In this document: positions 24,126-51,599 of the stretch, piece after piece
How the letters are laid out: each line of letters opens with the position of its first letter
Position numbering within the stretch: position 1 is the first letter of the stretch
NCBI RefSeq assembly: GCF_009914755.1
Contig: NC_060926.1
Length of the DNA: 64,000 nucleotides
Reading direction: 5' to 3' (one strand)
Source: the human T2T-CHM13v2.0 reference genome, Homo sapiens
Made by a program: the position numbers and the translations under genes
Notes under the pieces: generated by a model
Database searches by the model: none
What the model saw: only the letters and a program-made list of their open reading frames with translations
Told to the model about the DNA's origin: nothing

Positions 24126-24933
24126 GACTAGTTGGGGAAATATCAATATTTGTGTACTGTTGTGAACAGTTTAAGAGCTAAATTATATGATTCCAGTTAC
24201 ATGTGCAAGATGAGTTTTAAAGACATTAAGGATTAGCACGGATCTGAGTAGTCAGAGGAGTCTTGATGAAGGATTAGTAGGAATTAAATGGACATGACAA
24301 GACAGGGAGGGCCTTCTTTTGGAGATGGAGGTAGGCAATATGTGAGGAAATAAAGCACAAAGACGTAGGAACAGCAATGAACATGGTGTGTACTGTGCTG
24401 CATTTCAGGGATAAGATCAGAGCAAGACTAGAACAAATGCCCACTGAGAGTCTGAGGCTCAGAGAACGGTGACTAGTATAGGAACTTTATTTCTATCTGT
24501 TTTAGGAAGAACACTAAGGATAAAAATCTAGTTAGTATCCATATAGAATCCTGTCTAACTGTTGTGTTCCTTACTTTGTCTCTCACCTTCCCTCTAATCT
24601 CTCTAAAGGGAACGTAAAGACTATTTACCTTAGATAAATGATGAATGTAATAATAAGATGTAAAAACTGAAGTAATAATAGAATGGGTTGGAAAATTGAA
24701 AAAAGAGTAAGATTCTCTAGGAAGTCAAAATTCTTATATTTTAGCTTCATGGTTGCTTTATTAATATTTTGTTTGATTATATATGGTTAGAAGAAAAATA
24801 GATGTCAAAAATAGAGAAAAAAATCTATCAAGTATCTTAACTAATGCTGTAAATACAGGCCCTTGTGTGAGTCACTTAGACTTTCTGGACACAAGTTCCC
24901 ACATCTGTAAAATTAGAATGCAGAACTAGATGA

Positions 24934-25293
<360 letters not shown>

Positions 25294-25993
25294 TAAAAAC
25301 AGGATAAAGCTGTTATTCAAGAATCATGTTTATGTTATTATTGAAAGCCCACCTTTGGCAATTCTATCTACCACTCTATAGGAATAAGACAGTTCATTTC
25401 TTCCAAATCTAGATTCAAGACCACAACTTAGATTTTCAATACATAAGAGCCTTTGCAAAAGAATAAAATATAGGCTCAAACAATAAAACTACTTTAGTTT
25501 TAACAAATACTCATCATAACTATTTGTCAGTTGTTCTTTTGTAAAAGCATCATTTTTTATTTGTAACTACAAATATCCCCATTTAGTGTGCTTATTCTCA
25601 GTGAGTTTCCTATAGTTAAATTTACTTGCTAATGATTTATCAATTATTGAATATTCAGATATCATAAATCTAACTCTCACTCTTAGGAAAACTTTGTAGT
25701 TATACTCCAGTAACTTACTGATTCTTCCAAATAATTTGTGTTATTACATAGTTAAATTAAGCATTATAAATTTTTTTAAGTCACTGTTGGTATTTTCTGA
25801 GAAATCTAACAATATGGGATCTGTCGGGGTTATTTCAAGGGAAGAAATTACCGTCACACAGTCAGTGGCTATAATAACCTGTTAAAGATCGTAAAAACCT
25901 GTTTTATAAATATTTGAAACTTCTTTAGTCCTTATGCTTTTTTTCAGCATATTATTTTACCAAAAAAAAAGTGTCATTAAATTAATGTTATTA

Positions 25994-28603
<2,610 letters not shown>

Positions 28604-28716
28604 GTCTTTCTCTATTATTGATAACCTTTAAAGTGTTAATAATTCTGCTAACAATTTGTTTCTTTTCACTCTGCAAAATCAGTGTCTTACATATCTTTTT
28701 TTTAATTTTTTCTTAA

Positions 28717-28854
<138 letters not shown>

Positions 28855-31039
28855 TTGTTATTTCCATTTTCTGTTATGATTACTGAAACCTGATTTATTG
28901 CTTTGTCACTTTAACCACATCTCTCAACTCTCTGCAATGTTGCAAGGCTTTTATCCCTGAAAATCATTTACAGATAACCACAATTTGCTGTGGTATATAA
29001 ACTAATTCTTGGTCTATACTAAGATGTATTTGAGAAAATACATTTGATTTGATTTTGTGGCCCATTCCTAAAGGTCATTGTATCCATTTTTAAAACAAAC
29101 TAAAATGAGAACATTAGGTTCAATTTTCTTATTATTCCAAATGATAAAATTTAAGATTTTTCTAATAAAAGAGTACAGATAATGGGACAGTTGAGAGAGA
29201 TGGCTTTAAATACATTCTTAAGTAATCATTTTCCTATTTACTGACCACTGTAATGAAAATATATCAATTTATTTATGGAACTCCTGATTGGGGATAATAT
29301 TTTAAAGGTATCTGTTGCACACTTGGATTTTCAAAACTCGGTGAAAGTTACAAGTTTGCATGGTAAGAATAAAATAAGAATATTGAAACTGGTACATTAG
29401 CTAATTCTATTACTACTTAGCGTGTTTCTAATGAGAAGTTACTGAAATCTATTACTGTCCTTAATAAAAATTGAGTAGAAAAAAGTGGAACTAGAGATAC
29501 ATTTTACAGATGTATTTCCTTAATAATATAATTAAGCAAAAGTGCTAATTGTGATTTTGACAGTTGGGCCTTTTAAGTAGCATTTGCAGCACAATTTGCA
29601 TTTGCAAAGTTCCGAATTTCTTGACTCTTTCTTCACTAAGCAAATACTGTTTTACTCTAATAATTAAGAGTTAGTAGTACCCAAATATGTTGAATTTTTA
29701 CTTAGGATATCTGTGTGATTGATGAATGAATTGAAAAGATATGTATAACTTAAAATAATCATTTATATATAGTAATTTAAAAATTTCTATTTCATGTTTT
29801 AGGATTATAGCTAATTTTATTATATAGTGTTATAAATGTTGTGGTTGATTATTAAGATCTTAAAGTAAAAGTCTGATTTATTTAATTTGGAATTCAAAGA
29901 CATTGTTAAACTTAGATTTTTTTGTAAGATTATCTTTTGAGTTAGGTCAGAGAGCTTTTACAACTACCAGTGTTATTAATCTGAGATTTCATGTGTTTGG
30001 GAGAACTTGTGAATCCCTCTGAAATTGTGCAGAGACTTTGTATGTTAAATGCATTTTCAGGAAGGAATGGTTACATGGCTTTCTTTAAAGGGATCTGTTT
30101 CCAGTAATAGTATTCTTTTTTGTTCCACAAATCATAGATGTCCTTAAATCCAATTGTCTTCTCAGTTGAATCTTAGAGAAATTTTTCTTTTGCAATTTCG
30201 CTTTCCTGTTGACCACAGTATCCAGTGCCCTTTTCTTTATAATCTTTTGAGTGAGTAAAAAAATTTTAAGAAATAAAGGATTCTGTTTAGGGAAACTTTT
30301 GAATAGATTTGATTTGATGTGAGTCAGGGCTAATAAAAAGCTATAGAAGAATTTTCTTTCCAATAAGTAAAAATCCTCTGTTTTATTAAGGAAAAAATAG
30401 CTATGTTTTAGGTAAATAACTCTGAAATAAACTGGTACAACAATTGTAAAATAGAACATATTTAAATGTCAAGGTGTCTTTTCTTAAGACTTCAGGAATT
30501 TGTATTGAACAAAGTCTCAAGTTAAGTAGCAATAATTATGATGCATAAATGAGACTGGCATCTATTCATTTATTTTATTCTTTTTTGGGGTGATGGGAGG
30601 TTTCAATCCAGTGCTTCACCCGTGGTGCCACCGTGGCTATCTTTTTTTTTATCTTACAGTTTTTTAGGAGATTTCAAGTCGGCAGAACTAACATGATTGA
30701 TTTTTAGTTTTTAAAATACTGATTTTTTTAGAAACTTTTTCTAAATCAAAACCTACTAAGTTTTATTTTGTTATTTATCCAGAGATTTTGATGTAAAAAT
30801 GCCTTCATTTTTAAGATTACTTAATACTGGATTTGAAAATTATTTTGGATGCTTATAAGTTTTCTAAAACTTAGATAATTAGAAAAAATGCCTAAGTTTA
30901 TGATGTTTTACTATGCTGCTTTTTAGATGGAAGAAATAAGCAGTTTTTACTTTATAGTACAAATAAGTTTTGTTCACAATAAAATAGATATCCTACCTGG
31001 ACTAATACTAGATGTACAAGGTAGTGGAATTATTTCTTA

Positions 31040-33697
<2,658 letters not shown>

Positions 33698-36669
33698 CAT
33701 TTTTTTAAATTTAAATCTGGCAGTTTCTAGGCCAGTGGTTCTTAATGGATATTACAGATCAGACTTCTCTGTGGAGTTTATAAATATACAGATATGTAGG
33801 CACTGCTTTGGACTTCGTGAATCTCTTTGCTTGATATTCTTGGTATTAAAAAATTATGTCTGAGGATTATTATGTTATATCCTAAAAATTTTTCTGCATA
33901 GAAATTTGTCCATTTATCTTTATATACCAGATCCAATATTCAGACTTATTTGAAAATAGGCTTAATCATTATCCTGAGGGACATTTTGTCTAAAATTTGC
34001 TTGGAATGGCTTTATTATCTTTGTTTTGCCTGCCACAAAAACAACAAAATCTCCTTTCAATTGAGTTATTTTTATCATGAACTCTCTTTAGACTGTTCAC
34101 ATTTGAAAATTATAACTAATATTTGCCTCCAGAAAAGTACATCTGTTTGCTAATATTAGTTCCTGGTGACTTTCAGTGAACGTTTTGCAAACTTGAATTA
34201 GGCAACATTTTAAAGAAGAAAAAAACATGACTAACATGCTAAATTTAAAACATAAAAGTAGATCTCTTAGAGCCTTGAAGCTTGTAATCAATAGAATTTT
34301 CCTAATTAAAAAGCATTGGGTAAATTATCTACTACTTCCAATGACTTTTGCAGGTACAGCCTCTGTATGGAAATAATCTTTAATTTTTTATAGGTATAAC
34401 AGAGAAGAACGCATTAACATTTAAGATGTTTAATTCCAAATAGGAAATAATTCAGTTTTCTGTGTTAAGAAATGTAAGGCCATCCTAGAGTATAGGAGTT
34501 ACGTGATTTTCTTCTGTATAAAAATCTCATTTAATAGTGGCTGTATTATCAGATACTTATTTGATTATAGTAATTCATCAGACACATCTCCTTCGTTTGG
34601 TGATTATCTCATTGATCTTTGTCACACGTGAGTGATTTCTAAACACATTGCAGGATTTGGACCTGTAAAGCCAGTGGCTTTAGTGATAAGTAAAAGGGCA
34701 CATTCAACAATATTTACCTTTGTCTTAATGCCCATAATCTTATGAACTGAAAATTCAGAAGGAAAAGAACAAATAGAAAGCTACTAATTCAATATTTGTT
34801 TTTCATGGTACGGTTTTCATGTTTCCTTGGAAACATATTTTGCAAATATAACAATAATAGTAATAACACAATTTTGTCATTTAAAAAATTACCCATTCAT
34901 TTTTCAAACTTGACTGTTAGTGGAGGGGTATATGTGTGTCTGTGTTTCCACTTATGTAATGGCTGTCTCATTATTTAAATTAATTTATAATTATTTTTCA
35001 GTGTACAGAGTGATTAGCGGCTTGTAATGCTGTTACAATGTAGCATTGTAATGTAAGATGAAGAAAAATTAGGATTTAGGTGGGATTTTTAAAAATTTAT
35101 CAATTCAGCTACTTTTTAAAAGAAGTCCTATTCCAATTGGACCTTTAAAATTTTTATTTTGGTAATATTTCAACTTAAGATGTATTAAAACTAGCAATTC
35201 TGTGGTAATCAGTGTACTAGTCAACATTAAAATGCTATTTTGGGTTGTCTTCTTTTGGTAACATATTCTGACACTAAGCAACATGTTTTACAATTTAGTG
35301 GAATGAACCTACAAATTCATAAATGCTTCTCTTTATTTTGAAGGAAAAAGATACTTGTCTGTATACGACATAATTGTTTTACTCTTCAGAATGTGAAAGT
35401 TATATTAATCACTAAACACTTTAAGAAGTGGTTCTGGTAGGATATCAGTAGTCAGACTTAATTGAAAAACTGTCAGCGTCTGTTTTGTATATAGGGATTA
35501 AAGAGGATAACTTTATTTTTTCCTTTGGAAAGAATAATTCTTTTGGAATTTTGGAATTTTGATTTTCTTAGATGACTTTTTAGCAATTTAATGATAATAA
35601 TTTCTATTTTTCTTCCAAAACTATGGCATGTTATAGTAGATCTTACTATTAAAGATCTTTTATATTTTAAACTGTTTTTTTCCTATTCTGCTTTTTGCTG
35701 CTCTCAAAGACTGTGATTGATGAACATCACCAAACTTTTTTTGTGGCAAACTGCTTATTTTATAAGTAGCTTTATATAAGAAAACTTCTTAGAAAACTAT
35801 GTGGCTGGTTGGTTCCATTTAGAAACTCTTAACAGGTATGGCTTTCATTCCTCCAGTTGTTTGCTTTTATAGACTTGGAGCAAAAAATATAGCAAAAAGT
35901 AATCATATCTGGCTAGATAGCCATTTCTCTCAGATTCATTGCTATAAAAATGAATCTACTGAGGCATAAAAATATGAAACATATTTAATTCATCTCTTTT
36001 GTCAGTTTTTCTGGGACTCCAATAGCATTTCAGTGTTATAGAGAGTGACAGTGACTTGAATGCATGTATATGCACATAGTCAATTCAGAGCGTAATAACT
36101 AAAAATTCAGAATGACTTGTTTTTTGAAAGTACTTGGAAATTGTGCTGCTACTTAAATATTGAAGGAATTCAGAAAGTTGTGTATTTATCTTAAAATGTT
36201 CCTTCTCACTTATTCTACTGGAATTGACCATGAAAAAGAAAATATTATGCCTTATTTATATCTAATTATTGACTGTGCAAACTGTGACTCAGTGGATATT
36301 TGTATGCCCCCCAAAAACATTTTAAAGCTGAGCAATTTTTAATAAAGATGTATAAATAATTTTGATTATTCTCATTGTAGTTAAGTTACTGTTAGTTTGG
36401 TGCAATACATTCTTTCCTTCCTCATCCTTTTAAAATTAAATATATAAGATGTATGTTTTGTTTTATTACATTAAGTGCTATTTTTAAAAAATTCATTGTG
36501 TGTATATGAGCTAATACTTGATTTGTTTCTGTATAGCATGATTAAAGATAATTGAAAATTTTGCACTTATTTTAGGCCCTTGGAAATTTGTATTCTAATA
36601 CTTTTTAAGAATGTCCATTTATTTTGTACATAATAAATTAGCTTTGTATATGAAAATGGGTTTGAATCA

Positions 36670-36675
36670 AATAAA
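36670..36675 (+). terminator. Candidate distal polyadenylation signal of NBEAL1
   Basis: AATAAA with upstream TGTA motifs (36625, 36646) and a downstream U/GU-rich sequence. Alu density rises sharply beyond it. Confidence 0.6.
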
Positions 36676-37910
36676 AAAAGTGATGTTACTTTCTTCAGTT
36701 GATTTGTAATTCTCAGTTCATAGAGTCTGATTAGAACTTATCCTTGGCTAAGTTATTTGGGTAGACAAGAGATTGAATACAGTATTTGTTAATTAGAAAA
36801 TTGATCAATGTTTCTTTCTCATATGAGCAGAATTTCTTCTGTAGTCCTGTGTGCACAAGATACATGTCAATTGACTATTTTTTGTCATATGTAACAACAG
36901 ATATTCTGCCTTTCACTTTAGAGCTACCTCAAAAACATTGTTACAGGCTAGGCACAGTGGCTCATGCCTGTAATCATAGCACTTTGGGAGACCAAGGCTG
37001 GAGAATAGCTTGAGCCCAGGAGTTCAAGACCAGTCTGGGCAATATAAAGAGACCCTGTCTCTAAAAAAATTTAAAAATTAGCCAGGCATTGTGGCATGCA
37101 CCTGTAGTTCTAGCTTGAGCCCAGCAGGTGGAGGCTACACTGAGCCAAGATCACACCACTGCACTCCAACCTGGGTAACAGAGAAATACCCTGTCTCAAA
37201 ACAAACATTGTTTTAGTTTTTCCCTTAGCAAATGATTATATGCCATAAATCTCTGTTTGTAGTTAACCAAATAATATATTAGGTTGAATTTTTTAAACCT
37301 ACATTCTTTCATAATTATAATCTCTAGGGCCAGTCGTGGTGGCTCACGCCTCTAATCCTAGCACTTTGGGAGGCCAAGGCAGGAGGATCACTTGAGGCCA
37401 GGAGTTTGAGGCTGCAGTGAACAATGATCACACCACTGTACTCCAGTCTGGGCAACAGAACAAGACTCTGTCTCTAAAAATAAAATAAACCTTTTATCCA
37501 GTCAACTTTGACAATCTAAATGTTGACCTAATCCTTCTGGTTTTGTCAAGGTTAATAGAATCTAATCCATAATAAGACAGAAGCCAAACTCTGTTCCAGG
37601 TTCTTGTTTGTACTTTTGTCTCTAGATCCAGAATAACAAAACAACAGAGATGAACATGAACCTTTAGCTACTAGCACCATCCATTCACTATACTACACTT
37701 TATTGAAGACACTTCATTAGAATTGGAAACTTCCTGCGTTAATTCATCTGGTAAGATTCTCAGTCACTGGACAATCAAAGCCATGTTAGTTACGTGCTTC
37801 ATTAAGACTGCCTTGCTTTTGTAAAACAAGTTCATAACACCATTCCAAGCATCAAATAAATCTGTTTGTTTCACACAATGATACTGGAGCTTATATTTTC
37901 TTACCATATA

Positions 37911-38405
<495 letters not shown>

Positions 38406-39026
38406 TAAAGGCATAAACCTATAAGGACAAAGAAAACAGGAGAGAAGATGATACAATTTGGGGAATTGGAAAATCAATGGATGAATGGTTAAAAAAAAAA
38501 ATTCCAAATGGATGGATGAATACTTACAGGGAGCCTAAGATAAGGACAGTTACCTAACTTCAAATCTTTCCACATGTCCTCTTAAAAAACCATACAGATG
38601 AACAAGAAGAATAAATACAGCCTCAAAACCCTATGCCTTCGAGATATCTAGAAGACAAACAGTACAGACTTCAAATTAAAAATACAAAAAAGCCAAATTC
38701 CAGCAGAGCTATCTCAAGTTTCAACAGTAAACCTCTGCAGAAAGGAAGGTGGGTCCAAGAAAGCAGGGAGTAGGGAAATGGAGGGCCTAACATTGAGTTT
38801 TTTAAAAAGAGACTCCCAGAAAGAGAAAGGCCATCCTAAGTGCAAAAGTAATGAAAAGTGAAAGAATGTGAGTGGATCAGAGTACTGTATATTAAAAATG
38901 GACTTAGTGTGCAGGATTCGATGTGGCAGTCTCAGGAAGGCATTGTCTCTTGAGAAGAGTATAAAAATGTCCGGAGACTGAATAGTGAAGTGAAAGGGGA
39001 AAAGAGTGGGAGAAATTTATGATTTA

Positions 39027-39116
<90 letters not shown>

Positions 39117-39137
39117 TCACTTGAGGTCAAGAGTTCA

Positions 39138-39437
<300 letters not shown>

Positions 39438-39528
39438 CTATTGTCTCATGAACAAAGATTCAAAAATCCCTAAGGGAATATTAGCAGGTCAATGCTAGCA
39501 ATGTGTAAGAAGGATAATGCATTATTAC

Positions 39529-39956
39529 GGTGATGGTTAATATAATGTGTCAAATGATTGGGCTAAGGGATTCCCAGATAGGCGGTAAAACATTATTTCT
39601 GGGTATGTCTGTGAGGGTATTTCCAGAAGAGATTAGCATCTGAATCAGTAGATTGAGTAAAGGAGATGTGCCCTCATCAGTGTGGGCAGGCATCATCCAA
39701 TCTGTTGACGGCCAGGATAGAACAAAAAGATGAAGGGCAAATCCCCTCTATCTTCTAGAGCTGGGACATCATCTTCCACCCTGTGATGTATGTTAGAGCT
39801 TCAGTTTCTTGGGCCTTCAGCCTTAGATTGAACTACACCACACCATCTACTGTCCTGGTTTTCCAGCCTACAGATGGCATATCATAGGACTTCTCAGCCT
39901 CCCTAACCTCATAAGCCAATTCTATTGGTTCTGTTTGTCTGGAGAACCCTAACACA
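39529..39956 (+). mobile_element. MLT2-family (ERVL) solo LTR
   Basis: Starts gtgatggttaat...gtgtcaa, has tttccagaagagattagcat internally, and ends ctattggttctgtttgtctggagaaccctaa. Confidence 0.78.
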
Positions 39957-40399
39957 ATAACCAAGTACAGTTTACCCAAGTAATTTAAAGTTAGATTAAC
40001 ATTTTAAAATTAAGGCTGGGCATGGTGGTTCATGCCTGTAATCCCAGCATTTCGGGAGGCCAAGGCAGGAGGATCACTTGAGCCCAGGAGTTTAAGGCTG
40101 CAGTGAGCTATAACTGCACCACTGTCTCCTTTTTTTTTTCTTTCTGAGACAGAGTCTCACTCTGTCGCCCAGGCTGTAGTGCAATGACGCGATCTCGGCT
40201 CACTGCAACCTCTACCTCCTGGATTCAAGTAATTCTCCTGCCTCAGCCTCCCGAGTAATTGGAATTACAGGCGCCCGCCACCAGGCCTAGCTAATTTTTT
40301 TGTATTTTTAGTACAGACGAGGTTTCATCATGTTGGCCAGGCTGGTCCTGAACTCCTGACCTCAAGTGATCCACCCGCCTCAGCCCCCCAAAGTGCTAG

Positions 40400-40664
<265 letters not shown>

Positions 40665-41137
40665 TAGCCAGGATAGTCTCAATCTCCTGACCTCGTGATC
40701 CGCCCGCCTCGGCCTCCCAAAGTGCTGGGATTACAGGTGTGAGCCACCATGCCTGGCCAATTTGTACACTTTTTCTTGGTAACCTGTCCTTTGTTGTAGG
40801 GGGCTCAGCCATGAACCTAGTGATAGGTAAGAAAAGAAATCTTTCCTGCTCTACAAAGATAGATTTGGGGCAGGAGGATAGAATATCATTTATTTGACTA
40901 ATTGTTAACTTGATGGGTGACTGTTGAGTATTTTGACGTGTCAAGCAAATCCACACCAATATTTCCATCTCCCTAAACCTTTGTACTTCTTCTATAGCAG
41001 GAGTTCACCCACTTTTTCTATAAAGGGACAGGCAATAAATATTTTACACATAACTCTGTAGCAATTATTCAATTCTGCTGTTGTAGCCATATATAGAACA
41101 TAAATGAGCATAGCTGTCTTCCACAAAATTTTATTTA

Positions 41138-43807
<2,670 letters not shown>

Positions 43808-44210
43808 TCAAGTTAACACATTGACTTCCCAAATTCTGAGTGAATGAAACCATATAAATAAATTTAGCCCTTACCATCCTTTATGTTTTCTTTTCCTTAG
43901 ACAAATATCTATTTCCATACATGCTTCTCAGTATCCCTCTAATACAAATTAGCAAGGTCTCATTGCTCCTTTGATGTATAAGCCAGTGTTCTGCTCCAGG
44001 TCCAGGCATTATGAGTAGAGTATTTTAAAACAACAATAGAACCAACCAAATGTGTTCTACTTTTTATGATCACTATGTGCTGGCAATAGTAAACTGTGAG
44101 TGACAAATTACCCACCCTGCTGTACCATCACCTGTCCCCTTTCTCTTGCAGTGCCTCTGTTCTCTAAGAACTAAACTGGTAATTATCTCCCTGGGCTATG
44201 ATGGGTTTGA

Positions 44211-48775
<4,565 letters not shown>

Positions 48776-49594
48776 CTCTTACATTTACTGTTTTGAAAAC
48801 CTATTGGGAACATCAGTTTGACAAGAAATATCTTTAAAATTCTGAACAAGAGACTTAAAAATGAACTTTGAACATACGACAGTTTAAAGCACATTTATAT
48901 GCAGAGAAAGACTTAAAAATACAATTTCTGCCAAGTGAAATATTAAACAGCATGTTTCATTATATTTGCTATAGATGCCAAAAGAGTTGCCATTTTCAAT
49001 GAGGTATGTTTCCTGCTTATGTAACAGTCATTTATCATAGAAGCTGTAAAATGCAATCTGGAATTTCTCTTGCCAAATTGCTGCCTGTTCTTGACATTTT
49101 ATATTATTAAAGCTATAAAATCTATAAATACTTTTAGCACACTTTCACTAAAAGCAGCACTAGTAAGTAGCAGGCCTTGTCTTGTATTTCAGTAGCCACG
49201 TCAAAACTTCTGAGCCAGGCGAAATAGAAAGAGGGGTCCTAGGGTATTTTATGCCCAGGGCAACAAACGCCAAATGCTGACGTAGATAGCACTTATTCGG
49301 TTTTGCCAGGAGCTGTGCTAAGTGATTTTCATAAAATATGTAATTTAACCTACAGGCAACTCCATGTGGTATTATTTTCACTTTTTTACATAGAAGGAAA
49401 TGGAAGCTTAGAAAACTGAAGCAATTTACCGAAAGTCAGAGTTAACAGAGCAAGGAAACCTGAACAGTGTGCAGCCTCCGCTCACCAGAAAGTGTCAAAG
49501 AATCACATTTACTAGTACTTCAGACAGAAATTCTGCGAAACAAGGCGTATCTACTCTTGTTTTACTCCCAGACACTTCCCTGTCCCGCTTAGAT

Positions 49595-50156
49595 CAGTGG
49601 TGGTTTTCACTCAAATTTAAGTGTGTAACAGTGTCCCCGGGAGGGCTCTGTTCAAACAGATTGTTGTACGCGCCCCCTACCCCTGCCCACCCCGAGTGTT
49701 TGATTCAGTAGGTCTAGTTTGGGATCGAGAATCTTTTTATTTTGTTTTCCTTTTGTTTTGTTTTGTTTTGTTTTTGAGACAGGGTCTCGCCCTGTCGCCC
49801 AGGCTGGAGTGCAGTCGTGCCATCTCGGCTCACTGTAGCCTCTGCCTCCCCGGCTAAAGTGATCCTCCAGCCTCAGCCTCCGGAGCAGCTGGGGCCACAG
49901 GCAAGCGCCACCACTGTAGGCTAATTTTTTTTTTTTTTTTTCTTTTTTTTTTTTTTTTTGTAGAGACTGGGGTCTCACTATGTTGCCCACGCTGGTCTCA
50001 AACTCCTGGGCTCAAGCGATCCTCCCGCTTCAGCCTCCCAAGGTGCTGGGATTACAGGTGGAGCCACCGCGCCCGGCATCGATAATCTGAATCTCTAACG
50101 AGCTCCCGGGCGACGTTGATGCAGCTGGTACCGGGACCACTCTTCGAAAATCATCG
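49595..50156 (-). mobile_element. MER5A-like hAT MITE split by an antisense AluJ (~49735-50077)
   Basis: cagtgg..ggagggct..aaacagattg..tgattcagtaggtct, then Alu, then tctaacgagctcccgggcgacgttgatgcagctggt..gggaccac. Alu TSD atcgagaatct / atcgataatct. Confidence 0.75.
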
Positions 50157-51300
50157 GTTTAGAGGTTTTAATTCTGAATCCATTGCGAAAACTGTTGGGC
50201 GGACAGAGCACTACTAACTCCTAACTTTTCTCAGAAAGCTGGGCTCTGCTTTCGCCAGCAACCCGGTCCGAAGTCGCGGGCATATTCTGTCTGAAATCGT
50301 GTGCACCGAAATCCCCGCCTTGCGGTGGAGGCTGGCGCTAGGCGGCCTCAGCCTCGGCCTGCTGCGCTCAGGAACCCGCGCCCCGGCTCCTCGGCGATCC
50401 ATTGCTCTTTCCTCTGGCGCCGGCCGCAGGCCTCGGTCACGCCCCCAGCGGCCCGTTGGTTTCCGGGTCCCGCGGGGTGCCCCCGCCCACACGCTATGCC
50501 TTAAATTGGGCCAGGCTGAGGCGCTGCTGCTGGAGCGGCCGATCCGAGACGTGGCTCCCTGGGCGGCAGAACCATGTTGGACTTCGCGATCTTCGCCGTT
50601 ACCTTCTTGCTGGCGTTGGTGGGAGCCGTGCTCTACCTCTATCCGGTGAGCGCCGTCTTGGCTCTCTGGGGCCCCGGGCGCCGCCCCAGTCTCTCTGTCG
50701 CCGGCATCCAGGCCAACCTGCCCGCTGCGGGCCGCAGGGGGCGGGCCTGAGAGGAGGGTTCGGGTTCGCTCCAGAGCTTCAGCGCGGGGACCGCACCCGG
50801 AGTCACGTGACGCCCCTCCCGGCAAGCTCTGAGAGCGACGTGGGCTGCGTCGCTACCCCTCAGGCGCCGGGCCAGGCGGGCGTAGAGCTGCTGAGGAAAA
50901 GCCCGCGCCCCCGCAGGCCGGTCTCACCTTGCCAGGCACCCCGCGCCACTCTCCAAGGCGGCTCTCAAGTACTTTGGGCAGCTTTTTGGCCATAACTCGC
51001 CAAACCCAAATTTCATTTCCCAGTGTGTCAGGAGGAGACTCCTGGGCGCGCCACTCCTTTCTCCTTTCTTGAGGATTCTCCCAGCACTTGTGTATTCCTC
51101 TTTTCCATCTGTCCATCGATCTATCCTGACTGGAATCCAAAGTGCTCGAGGTCCAGGTCTTGCTCCTCTTAGGGGCTCCAGGCAAATGCTTCTTTGGGGA
51201 GAGCGCCGCGCTGCGGGTTCGGGTGCGAGGTTTCCTCTGCCGCTGACGCCTCTGCGAGCCTCCGGTCCTCCTCTCTCCACTTGCCTCCGTCAGCGAGAGA
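50070..51300. promoter_or_regulatory. CpG island / CYP20A1 promoter and start of intron 1
   Basis: Abrupt rise in GC and CpG density around exon 1. GC boxes (cccgccc ~50482, gggcggg ~50739), ETS-like ttccgg ~50461, reverse CCAAT (attgg) 50505, palindrome GTCACGTGAC 50802-50811. Confidence 0.88.
50574..50645 (+). CDS. CYP20A1: CYP20A1 exon 1 coding part, ER signal-anchor
   Basis: Kozak-like accATG, then MLDFAIFAVTFLLALVGAVLYLYP, donor gtgagc. Hydrophobic N-terminal anchor typical of microsomal P450s. Confidence 0.95.
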
Positions 51301-51500
51301 GGGAGGGTCTGAAAACAAAAGTGTTGATGACTGAGGACCGTCTTTAAAACCTGTTCTACACACTTTGGGAGGCTGAGGCGGGCGGATCACGAGGTCAGGA
51401 TATCGAGACCATCCTGGCCAACATGGTGACACACCGTCTCTACTAAAAATACAAACATTAGCTGGCTGTGGTGGCGGGCGCCTGTAATCCCAGCTACTCA

Positions 51501-51599
<99 letters not shown>

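Noticed and set aside
30085-30459. 124-aa minus-strand ORF in the NBEAL1 3' UTR
   Set aside because: Low-complexity F/L/K-rich translation of AT-rich DNA, with no recognisable domain or exon structure.
30596-30612. tRNA gene suggested by a GGATTGAAACC T-loop-like motif on the minus strand
   Set aside because: No cloverleaf, acceptor stem or anticodon arm could be built. Kept only as an unexplained island.
50214-51347. Long ORFs on both strands (203, 197, 118 aa and others) at the promoter
   Set aside because: Expected from high GC content in a CpG island. The real CDS is the 72-nt exon 1 in another frame.
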